Part shown: positions 11,521 to 22,529 of the stretch, piece by piece
Layout of the letters: each line of letters opens with the position of its first letter
Numbering within the stretch: the first letter of the stretch is position 1
Assembly (NCBI GenBank): GCA_965645245.1
Contig: OZ287072.1
Location: forward strand, 1,550,001-1,614,000
Origin: Massalongia carnosa
Taxonomy: Eukaryota
DNA: 64,000 bases
Reading direction: 5' to 3'
The notes under the pieces: generated by a model
Told to the model about the DNA's origin: nothing
The model's database searches: none
The model's input: only the letters and a program-made list of their open reading frames with translations
Program-made: the position numbers and the translations under genes

Positions 11521-11875
11521 ATGTCTTCCAACAAATCCCAGCAACCTTCAACCCAAAATCCCACCAACAAAGCCACCTCCCAATCCACAAAAGCGGAATA
11601 CAAGGCCCCAAGCACCTACAAGATCATAAAAGACGGATGGGGCAGCAGACCAAATTTCCAGGCCTCCTACGGTCTTGGAATGGGTACTTCCTCCTTCTCC
11701 TTCAAGATTTCATTGCCTTGATTTCGATTGCTGTTTTAGGGAAATTGAGGCTTATAATATGTTTGATAATGGTGTAGATCCTGATGGCATCGACGAGGGC
11801 AATCGCATTTTGAATGGGTATCGGGAAATGGATAGGATGACTTGGGAGGCCGAACAGGGAAATAAAATAAAGTGA
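11521..11875 (+). CDS. Small (about 86 aa) fungal hypothetical protein, 2 exons
   Basis: Intron 11684..11777 (GTACTT...TAG) joins KDGWGSRPNFQASYGLGM to DPDGIDEGNRILNGYRE in frame. Confidence 0.72.
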
Positions 11876-12685
11876 AGAGGATTGTTTTGCTGCATTTGTG
11901 TGGTCGAAGCTGAGAACTCGTTCGCTCGGAAGGATGGAGAGTAGTCTGTCGGTTGGCTCTAGCTACACCCCTCAAGGTAATCCCTCAGATATGATCATTG
12001 GATCTGACTACTTCATTGAGTACTCTGAGCTGGGGAAAGCTAAAACCCGATTCAAAGTATATACCAATGACGGACAGTTAATCAGATACATCAAATCGAA
12101 TATCTACTAGCTCACATCTACGAACGAAGGTCTACTACCACGTATATAGTCTACACCCCAACCAGTGTTTACGTTTCTTGCGGGCACCTTGTCGAATCCG
12201 GGCCGACTGCCACGCATATAGTCTCCACTCCGTTGAACGTGATGATGCTGTCTTATTTCCCCCAATTTAGAGTACAGGATTCCTGAGCGCTCGAAGATTC
12301 CAAATGCAATCCGCGGGGTAAACAAGAAAGCTCTTTTTCCCCGGTTACTCATTCGTGATTTGAACGTTATGCAATAAACTTTAAAGAAATAACAGCAAGT
12401 TTTTTCGTACAGCCAATGAAAAAACAGACAAAAAAATATATTTGCATCAAAACTGGGATCGATGTACCTCCTTCTGGTTAGGTCATAAGTATGTATCAAA
12501 TCAGCTAGTCTAGGCATTTCAGATATAATCAAAGAGAGCATCAAAAATACTCAAATTGATATCTTTTAGGTTTCTCGGGTTTCGATCGGTTTGAGACTTG
12601 TTGGAGATCTTTTGTACACTTGTGGCTCAGTAGTGTCACACTTCTATGCTAAGAGAGCAAGACGCCTCCAACCCCAAAAGAATAA

Positions 12686-14297
12686 CTATTGATCGTCGAT
12701 GACATGCAGATATTTTTTCTCTTCCCTCTTTTCCCGCTCAGTAGCTGGAGGTAGATCATAAAAGGCCGAGCTTCGATATCCTTGCTACAAATGACACCAT
12801 TCATCAGCCCTTGACCTGACTTGAAATATTAGAAAGGCCAAAATGCTCACCAAATAGAAGAACGTGAAGTTAGATAGTTCACCCGGCTCGATGCCCAGAT
12901 CCTTGAACGTCTTTGCTTTGGGATCAATCACCTGATCAATAAACTCCCTTTCGATTTCGTCCGCAGATGTGGTTTTCCACCAAATCAACTTGTTGAGAAG
13001 GTTCGCCGTGGGCTTTAGGAGTCGTTTCGGAATATTCAAGTGACGGCGATGCTTGATGATTTCTCGATCAACAAGTTCCGCGATCTCAGCCATGGAGTAA
13101 TTTTTGGGACCATACAGCTCATAGGTCTGGGATGCTGTGCTGTCGTCCTCAGACATTTCTGCCAGGGCTTTCCCAACGTCAATAGCCTGGGGCCCTTGTC
13201 AGGATAGAGAACGGGTAATGGTCAAATGCGGCTTACATGAACGGGCCAGAACCTTTGCTGCATCCAGTTTGAAGTGAAGAGATTTGTCACGCCAGCGAGC
13301 TTATGAAGAAGCCGATCTTCAAATCCAAAGACCGGAGCGGGCCGTACAATGGTTGTTTCAGGGAAGATGCTTCGCACAACCTCCTCGCCGCGGGCCTTAG
13401 GAACCCTCTCTTAGCTTACGCCGCTCGCATCTCTCAGTCAAACCTACCTTAGTGCGGAAAAACTCCGAAGGCGAATTTTTATCTACATTGTGGGAAGAAA
13501 CATGAATGAATCGGTCCACGTCGTATTTAGCAACAGCTTCGGCTATGCGCTCAGCACCCTCAACGTGCACATCCTCAAGATCAAAGTTTCTGGGGGTTTC
13601 ATTAGAACCGAGGATATAAACATGACATACATGGAAGTACTTAGTTGGATAGTCTTTCCCCACAAGGTTGTAGACCACGTCCGAGTGACGAACGCTTTCC
13701 TCAAGCGAAGGGGTGTTTCGAAGATCGTATTCCTGGCCGAATCAGATTGGTAAGAGGGCAAACCTCCATCAAGATGCGTAGATCAAACCATGAAAACAAT
13801 CCTTCCCAGATCTCCCGTCACTTTCAGGTGCCGTCTTGCCATATCTTCCCGAAATGGGACTACGACGGTACATCCTTTCCGAGCTGCATTCAATCAGTGA
13901 CAATCCCCACATCCAGTCCCTTGCGGCTTCTCTACCTAGTCGACTAACAACATAGCGTCCCAAGAAGCCCGTAGCGCCAAAGACAGTCACGGTATGGCCT
14001 GGAATGGTTCAGCGAGAACACCTGAGGGTTGAAATAGCTCGGTTTACCTCCAAGAGATGAACTATGTAGTAGCAATCAGCCCTTATTCGTTTTGAAATAA
14101 AGCCAAGAAAAATCGAGATATGAATCCCACAGCACTCACCGGCCACCCTGCACTCTAATAATAGGTTTCCCCGTCCTTGTGATTGAGATGTCTTGAAGTC
14201 CTCGTTGGTGGGAAAGTGCAACTGTAATTTTCCGAGCCTTGCAGCATTGATTTATGACGCGCAAACCCGCCGTCGTGGACAAGCTCCCTTTTTGCAT
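12686..14297 (-). CDS. NDUFA9: NADH:ubiquinone oxidoreductase 39/40 kDa subunit (NDUFA9 homolog), multi-exon
   Basis: Mitochondrial-type presequence, RTGKPIIRVQGGR-SSLG-GHTVTVFGATGFLGRY Rossmann motif, DVHVEGAERIAEAVAKYDVDRFIHVSS; C-terminus KKYLHVIDDQ*. Confidence 0.93.
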
Positions 14298-14635
14298 GGC
14301 GTCTCAATTCGCCGCCGCCGAAGTTGACGGATTGGGGGGCTTTGAAGATCGAGGAGGTGGGTGTTCCGCAGTAGGCGCCAAGCTAGTTTCGACAATACCT
14401 CAGTGGCATTCAAATCATTCCTAGTCTCCACGCGGCGAAAAGCCCTCCACCCCTAAGGAACGATCTTCATAAGCTGCCATAGCTATCAGCAATAAAATGC
14501 GCATCTACATCTTCCTTCTCTCAAGTCTTCCCCTCGTTCATTGATCGTTTGGTTCCTTGAGGCTCTGAAAAATAGCTAATTCAACTTATCATATTCTGAC
14601 CAGCTGTCCCCCAATCTTTCCCCCTCCCAGCTACC

Positions 14636-15853
14636 ATGGATCCCGAAGTCATCTCAAATTTCCTATCTGAGCAACGAGAAGCCGCACCTGAGGATCTACA
14701 ACAGAGCTTCCTGATGATAGAAGATCACTGGGACCATAAACTATGGCATCAACTTACAGATGTCCTTGTCGAATATTTCAAAATCCCCGCAAGCGCCTCA
14801 CAGAGACTGCCATTGTTCCGAAACTTCATCCTCAGCTTCGCCGAGAAAATTAACCAGCTTAAATTCGTCTCCTTGGGGCTACTGGCAGCAACACAATGCT
14901 CAGGTTCGTTCATGCTAGACTCCATATTCTACTGAATTCGCATCATTTAATAAGTCACGCCCTGGTGTCTAGACGACCGAGAACGCCTCGCCTTCCTTAC
15001 CGACCTAACCAAAAAGGTCAACAAGCCCTCCTCCCAAGACGCCTTCATCTACGCCCTCGTTGCCGCGGCGGACGTGAAGCTTCGCCTCGATGACCTCGCC
15101 GGCGCCCGTGCCGACCTCGATACGGCCGAGCGCATTCTCGATACTTTCGATAGCGTCGAGACGGAAGTGCATGCAACCTTCTACCGCGTCAACGCCAGCT
15201 ACCACCAAGCATCGCTCGATTTCGGCGCTTATTACAAGAACGCCCTGCTCTACCTCGCCTGCATCGACCTCGCCTCCCTCTCCGCCGACGACACTCGTGC
15301 CCGCGCCTACGACCTAAGCGTCGCCGCTCTTATCTCCGACAGCATCTACAACTTCGGTGAGCTGCTGCTACACCCGATTCTCCACTCACTGCGCGACGAC
15401 CCTCAGAATGCCTGGCTGCGTGACTTGCTCTTCGCCTTCAACCGGGGCGACCTGGCCGCCTACGCCGCCATCGAGAGCAACCTAGCCAAGTCGTCGCTGC
15501 TAGATCAGCATCGCGCCTTCCTGTGGCAGAAGATCTCCCTCGCTGCCCTCACTGAGGCTGTCTTTCGCCGGCCTCCCCACGACCGTGCCATGACGTTCGC
15601 CACCATCGCCACTGAGACCCGCGTGCAGTTAGCCGAGATCGAGATCCTGATCATGAAGGCGCTGAGCCTGGGCCTGCTGCGCGGCAGCATCGACCAAGTC
15701 GCCGAGGTCGCCCGCATCCAGTGGGTGCAGCCCAAGGTGCTGGATATGGCGCAGATTGAGAGCATGCGGCTACGGCTCAAGGATTGGGATTCCAGCGTGA
15801 ACCAGCTGGGGAACTGGATCGAGGGCGTGGGCAAGGATGTTTGGGCTGCTTGA
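14636..15853 (+). CDS. RPN9: 26S proteasome lid subunit Rpn9 (PSMD13)
   Basis: KLWHQLT, KINQLKFV, IYNFGELLLHPIL and PCI C-terminus MKALSLGLLRGSIDQV..WVQPKVLD; one intron at about 14904-14971. Confidence 0.95.
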
Positions 15854-16172
15854 AGGGTTCAGGGGGTTGTGAGGCGGATCATTGTTTTTTTTTTACTTTT
15901 TCGAGCGAAGATGAGATAAATAGAAATCATCCAGTCCTTCGACTTATGTGCTCATTGTGATTGATCCTTGATGGGCCTACACCTATGAACGTTTATAGTA
16001 TTACTCCTATAGGGGAATACATCAAGGCCGAACAACGATTCTGAAAGGAGCCATCCGCTGCATCATGTTAACAAGACCGCATTCCCTTAATTTCCCACAA
16101 ATAATAATGACAGGAAGAACAACCTTATAACTTACATCCATATCTTCCCCTCGAATTCCAAACCTTTGGCAC

Positions 16173-18270
16173 TTAGCATAGCGGACTCACCACCACCGCA
16201 CCTAGCAACCACGCCGGCCACCAAACACACCACACCACCACCTGCGTCCACAAACCGCTGACCCTCCATCCAAACGCCGCCTCCGCCACCATGGCTCCCA
16301 CGTCGACGCCCCACCATCTACAGCCTGCAATCGCAACCACAGGCGGCGAGAGCAGATGCAGCAACGCGCTTCCAAGGAGCTTCTTTGCCAGTCGAGGCCT
16401 CGGCGTCGCTTCCGAAGAGAGGCCATTGGGGGAGAGAGGCGGGCCGAGGAAGGATAGTGGGGTGGAGAGAAGGCCAACGATGAGGGCGAGAGAGAAATTA
16501 AGGGTGGCGAGGGTAGCAAGGAACATGCCCAGGAGGAGGAGGGAGATACATTTGGCAAGGAGAAGGTGATGAGGGGAGAGGAGATTTAAGCGGGATATTA
16601 GGGAGGAAAAGACATTGGGGAGGAGAAGGTTGGAGAAGATGAAGGCGATGAGGGTAGGATAGAGGGCCTGGAGGAGATGTAAGTAGATGTAGTTATTTGA
16701 AAATTGGAGTAATTTCGCACAACTCACATTGCTGGTGGTGTTGTTGAAGATGTAAAGGGGAATGACGCCAAGGAAGTGTATAAATACGACAAAGGCAGTT
16801 GGAAGGAATAACTGGCGTTCTTTTATTACCAGATCCTGTTTCGGAGCAATAGCTAGCATCCCGTCTTTTTTAACAACATCGACTTCCGGCTTGCTCTTCT
16901 TGCCCGCCAAGCTGATGACAAAGTTGGGAGCTTGTGAGCGCCCGCTTTGAAACCACAACGCTATTGCCATAATGGTGAAGTTGACAGCTACCAGCATGGC
17001 GCTCGGGAGATACGTGCCGATACTGACAAAGCGATTCGCCTGCATGAGCAGGTAGAAAAAGAAACTCTGATGGAAATGCTCCAGTAGATTGTTCAAGCTC
17101 CGAAAAATGCTCTCTACGCATCTGCCCATGGCCATTTCATCCTGCCATCCATTCCCTACTGCTTGAAGAGTAATAGCGTCAACATGATAAGGGATGAAAC
17201 TGCTATGCGGGCCCGATGGATGACCTAGGCCCTGGCTAACCATTCCTCGTAACATAGTCCGTAATCTTTCTCCATAATTATCTCCATGCTTCCACATACG
17301 CTGGAGAGAGACACCGATACCCATCTGTCCGCTAGCAATGGAAACGGCTGTGTTAAAAAGATCGAGGTTAGGAAGCTGTCCATTTATACCGTCGTACACA
17401 ATGTGTAAAGACTCGAATGGATGGTCAAGAGCGTTGTCTATCACGACTACACCTTGTAATGCTCCACTTTTGATGGGAAGGGGCTCAACCAAGGGGTATG
17501 AGTGCTCATTGTGGTAGGCGTCGACCCATGCTTGAGGACCAGCTTTACTATCTGCAGTAATTAATACAATGATATCCTTTGACCAAAGAGACCATCCTAG
17601 CTAAAACGTCAGCTTCCTCAACTACCTCAACTCTCGGAGAGGGACTCGCGGTTAAAATATCTTGCCAACGTCAAAGCTAACGCCACACCACTCTGATTCA
17701 ACTCGCCATCCATGTTAGTCCACGCAGCAACCAGTACGATGGCTTCCGTAGCGTCTCCTCGCGGGGCATGGAGTATCGAGTAAACATTTTCGCCCCGATA
17801 CGTATTACCCCCTGCTTGATACTCGTATTTCTGGCTTGCGGCCCTTAAACCTGCAGACTTGAATATATCACCAAGCTTCACGGTGATCCTATTGAATCAA
17901 GCCATCAACATGAGCCAGTTATCCAGAGATAAAGTCTCCAACGTACTCTTCCTGCTCCTTCCCCGCCAATGCATTAATCTCATACTTATAGGCATTGAAG
18001 ACGTTCTGTTCGCTTCCTCCAAAATATGTGTGCACTTGACCGGGGAGAAGAGCGTTTTCTGAGATATAGGTCTGTCTCGAATACTCATTAAGTGGCAGTA
18101 GAAGAAGCCAGGCAATGCCGATGAGGATGCATATTGCAGAGAGATATGGGGGGGCTTTGAGGAGGCGGGGATCTCTTCGTAGAGCCAAAATGGCCGGGGC
18201 TTCTATAAACGTCAGCGAGTGCTGCGAGTAGCATCTGTTTGAGAAAGTTTTACGCACAGATTAATGCCAT
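16173..18270 (-). CDS. GAA1: GPI transamidase subunit Gaa1, multi-exon
   Basis: RQTYISENALLPGQV, HAPRGDATEAIVLVA, WSKDIIVLI, NGQLPNLDLFN, RSLNNLLEHFHQSFFFYLL and C-terminal TM helices. The first exon (MALI) is inferred. Confidence 0.92.
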
Positions 18271-18751
18271 AGGGAATCCTAACTTGAGGAGTCAGGAGTT
18301 AGTATCAATAAATAGGATGTATTAGGTATTTAGTCACGTAATATTTACAAGTGTAGTATTTATGTAACACCTATCCCCTATTTGGCCATTCAGTTCATCT
18401 TCTTTCCTTCCTCTCAAGCAAAGTAAAATATAAGCCTACCCAAACGAGCCAATCTTAGGAAGCATTCAAGCAGCTCCGTCTGTCTTCCACGCGCAGATGC
18501 ATCATAAGGGAGAATCAGATTGAGATTTAGATCTCAGTAGTTTACAGAAACTTAAGGGTAGTTTATAGTTCTCTAGGTAGAGAAAGACTAAAGGGGGGGG
18601 TTAGGGGCGGGGGCCCGAAACGTTGGCTTTAATAGGTGAAATGAAGTCCAAATGGGTTGTTCGTCTGATACATCAATCGAAGAACCGTATAAGTGGCGTA
18701 ACCCTGTACGGGTGTAATAATATCCCTTTCATCACTTGATCTTTAAAAGGG

Positions 18752-19959
18752 CTAAGGACCAAGTCTCTGCGTCGAACCCAAATAAGTCGGCACCTGGCCC
18801 TCTCCTGCCCCTGGCACTGACGAGGTGGGCAAAACGCCGTACCGACCGTACGTCTTCTGATCTATCGATACATAATGTGGGAGACGACCGAGCAGGTTCA
18901 GTTTTCCTTCGATCCAGCGAAGAATTTTTTCCGGAGGGGCGAGAATTTTGAGGTAACCAAGACCATCTAGGGATATATGAGCAAAAAATGGGATTTGAAG
19001 CCACAGAGGAAGAATGTCATAATGGGGAATTTGAGTGAGTCTGATTATAGGAGCAGAATTAGAAGAGGTTAAACGAACATATATAGCCGATGCCGACACT
19101 GCAGAGGTGGCCTAAGAAGGATGTGTTCGGGACTAGCGCGGTGACGAAGAGAAGGACCACGAGGGGGGTGGTCCATGTCGGTATTTTGTATGTGCTTATC
19201 CTATGAAAATTATTAAGCATCTTTTCACCTGTGTAGCATTACTTGGCTCTGACGAAGGAGAAATTACGCGAAATAGGGGTTCGCTCGAAAAGCCTTGATA
19301 CCCTCTATACCTAGCAGAACAAAAACCCAGACACTGCATAGTATGTTAAACTCGCTAAAAGTAGATATGGCGGGTTTTGGTATTACCTTGCCCCTGAGAC
19401 AGTAGCGTTACCGCGTAAAGCTCCTCGCTCAATGAGAAGGTATGCGGCAGCTGGAAGAGTGGAAAGAGCTAAAATACAGTATAGATTAGTAAGTTTAAAT
19501 TTCACGAAGGCGAGATGAAAGACTAAAGAACACATACGTCCGGCAAACATTGCTCCCGTCAACAAGGTACCGTGTTCGGCTTCGAATCTTTCCAATAGTG
19601 GCAGAAGGGCTATAGCATTGAGAAGGGCATGAATAAAGCCCAGGTGTATAAGGGGATAGGTATTGGTTCGATACACTATGCCAGAATAATAAATCAGCAA
19701 TCTATGCCTATAGCCACCCAGCCGCAAAGACCGTGGAGCCTTCTCAGAACAGAACGCTGACACAAGCGATGTTCTTACTGGTGCCCAAGCTGACCTCCTG
19801 CGGTATCAGCGCTCCCCATTGCACAACGTTCCATGCTGACTGCAGCCCTAATATCCAAAACAAGACGATCAACAAGAGTACAATACGGGTAAACAAAGGA
19901 AGTCGAAAGATGTAGGATCGCAAACGTGCAGGATTGAAGGAGGGCAGCGTTGGTGCCAT
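18752..19959 (-). CDS. RBD2: Rhomboid-family intramembrane protease Rbd2, multi-exon
   Basis: RLPLFTR, YRTNTYPLIHLGFIHALLN, catalytic GAS (spliced VSGAS-VWVF) and SFLGHLC; C-terminus GSTQRLGP*. Confidence 0.88.
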
Positions 19960-20235
19960 CTGGATGCAGGACTCGGGGGAAGCTGAATTGACTTGATTAT
20001 GGCAGTGTCATTTAGAACTTTTGGGTTGGCGTTAATGAAGTAGTGTCATATCGGCCTTCCAAGACTGCCTTCATTTTGCGGGGAGACAAATACTTCTGTA
20101 CGTTTACAACAACTAGATCCGGAGTTAAGCCGCACATGGTTCCTACATGCGCCACGCGACGGCTCTACCCGGTAGTTCTGATTACGAGTAAAGGGCATTG
20201 AAGAGGCAACTACTCTGTATTTTTTAGGTCTTTAT

Positions 20236-20274
20236 CCCTCTCGCTGTCATTCTAGCACCCCCCCCCCAAGCTAA
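20236..20274 (+). repeat. Left-coordinate terminal inverted repeat of piggyBac (39 bp, C10 run)
   Basis: Matches the reverse complement of 22371..22406 except for homopolymer length. Confidence 0.95.
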
Positions 20275-20379
20275 ACCATTGTTGGTTAGAAAGCGCTAAA
20301 CCTTAAAATTTTGACCAATCAATGTTATTCCTATTCACAAGAAGTTCATTTTCATATGTACGGAGTATCAGATACCTAT

Positions 20380-22230
20380 TTACTCGTCCCCTATCATATG
20401 AATAGCTTCCCAACAGCTGGCTTTCTTACAGCAGGGCTTGATTGGATTGCATCCTCCACAAGCCCATATAGTCTGAGCACCCCTTCGCCTTCTTTTTCGC
20501 CCATCGACACTTATTTCAGCCAGTGGCTCTCCCTTCCGCTTTGAAGGTCGTTTTTTCTCGGCGTTACATTGTACACATCTTTTTCTGCCTTCAAGACGAA
20601 CGTAATGATGAATGGGAGATGGTACTAAATCATCAATCTCGGTATTGATGCTTATCTTTGATGAGCCGGGCCTGATGCCCGCTTGATTTGATATCAGTTC
20701 AAGAGCAATCCGACGAAGAAATTCAGAACGAGTAAATTTTTTCTCCTCGGAATCGAAAGAGTTCAGCGAGTAAAGTTTATAGGCATTCAATCCGGCTGCA
20801 TCTAAAATAAAAATGAACAAAGGCCACCAGTAACGATCCGTTCGACGATTGTATGAGTAAATCGCTCGTTGCTAAGCGTCTCCATCCGATCCCCCCATAT
20901 GAAGATTATATTCTTTGATTGGGGCTGGTATCGGTAATCCTAAGGGCCGTTGAACCTCTTGATTGAGCAAGGGAATGGAGTGAGCCAGAGTTGATAGGAA
21001 ATACGGTACAATAGGTTGAAGAGAGGTCTCGGGAATTCCATATCTCTTGTGCGGATTTATATAGTGCATTTCGTACAAGTCCTGAGGAGAATGACCGGTG
21101 GTCATGTACTGCACAACATTATTATCCACCCAGCCCATACAAAGCACCTCATCGTCAACCACCATATGGGCCTGAAGACCCCAGTCTTTTCCTTTTGAAG
21201 TGACGTCCCGTATGGCCAACAATTCTTCTGGAAAGCCCGAGCCCTTTTTAGCAGTTCCACTGGCAGCTATTCCGATTGATCGAAGTGCCTCGAATAATTT
21301 CGTACTAGTAAAGAAATTATCACAGAAAAGATGATAATTCAGTGAGGATAGAAGTTCTTTACATAACTGAATCACTAGTAAAGCACTAGGAGTTAGTTTA
21401 TCTTTTGGCAAAAATCCCAAGTGTCTGACGGTTTTCAATTCACTTATTCTGCTACTTTTCGAGGCAAACATAAATGGCAACAGATAATTATCCTGACAGA
21501 GACTGTAGATTTTGAATCCTTTATGGGCACTTTTTGTAGTAATCTGCAAGGTATGTCGAGAACGGCCCTTGAATAACACCAGCTGTTCATCTATAGATAT
21601 CATACTTTCTGGTCTGCAATGTTTCAATGAAGTCTTTCGGAAATCAGTAGCCAACGGTTCCAGTTTCTTCCACCAATCAGGTCCTTGACCAAGTCCGATA
21701 GGGTCAGTCCGTCCATTATTGATTTTCAAAAATCGTTTGATTTGTTGAAATCGACCAAGCAACATCGCGGACAGAATAGGCATGATGACTGGTTTGTCAG
21801 GACGTTGATTCCAATAATCCTCTGTAGCATATAGATGATCGAGTCCCATAAGAATTATTATGCCCAAAAAAACCTCAATTTCCGAGTCAGTAGTGTCAGT
21901 CCAAACCCGATGATTGTTCTCCTTCTCCTTTTCCATGTAGTTATATGCTTTGATATTGGTATGATTTGCGATAATACGACAATGCTGCCTTGTTATAAAT
22001 AACCGAAATAATCCCAAAGGATTTCGAGAATCGTTTTCAACGAGCGGAACAAAAGGCCTGTTTCAACCCGAATGGGGGTATATTTTGAGGAAATAGGGGG
22101 AAGGTCAATTAAAATATCTCGAACACTTCTTTTGCGATTTATTTATGTTGCTTCGCTGAAATGGGAGATTTGTCTGATACACTCGGGATTTCTTCTTCAT
22201 TGAGCGTCAGACTTATAATATCAATTCCGA
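20380..22230 (-). pseudogene. piggyBac DDD transposase, disrupted by an in-frame TAG at 20872..20874 and by frameshifts upstream of about 22060
   Basis: SIDEQL, FCDNFFTS and YNLHMGGSD catalytic motifs, then RYWWPLF and a C-terminal Cys-rich domain (CVQC..CGGC..CC..CWEAIH). ORFs 22017..20872 and 20820..20380 are in the same frame. The 5' boundary is approximate. Confidence 0.9.
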
Positions 22231-22370
22231 AGCTAGAAGAATAGTAATTTATGTGATTTATTTTGATTGAATGACCGAATAGTATTCTTTGAAAAGTAAA
22301 CAAACGCGCAAACACTCAAGAGAAAACTAATGTTCTGATGACTCATCGGTGCGGAAGCTAGTCCAATAGA

Positions 22371-22406
22371 TTAGCTTGGGGGGGTGCTAGAATGACAGCG
22401 AGAGGG
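22371..22406 (-). repeat. Right-coordinate terminal inverted repeat of piggyBac (36 bp, G7 run)
   Basis: TTAGCTTGGGGGGGTGCTAGAATGACAGCGAGAGGG read directly. Confidence 0.95.
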
Positions 22407-22529
22407 ATAAGTAAATAACGTGTGCTAGTGTTTTACGTCAATAGCCTACATAATCCCAACCCTCAATTTACATCTATACTCTGTGCCATCACCGCAAAAG
22501 GCAATTTCACCAAGGAACCAAGTTAGGCC

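Larger units (their letters stand above)
20236..22406 (-). mobile_element. piggyBac-superfamily DNA transposon, 2,171 bp, defective copy
   Basis: TIRs CCCTCTCGCTGTCATTCTAGCA(C)nAAGCTAA at 20236..20274 and its reverse complement at 22371..22406; internal transposase; AT-richer than the flanking genes. Confidence 0.95.

Noticed and set aside
11983..12030. Possible box C/D snoRNA (ATGATCA...CTGA...CTGA with CTCAG/CTGAG ends)
   Set aside because: Box C is imperfect, the unit is too short (about 45 nt), and no rRNA guide complementarity was recognised.
20872..20874. Programmed readthrough or A-to-I editing (TAG to TGG) rescuing the transposase
   Set aside because: The family expects Gln rather than Trp here, and additional upstream frameshifts point to decay.
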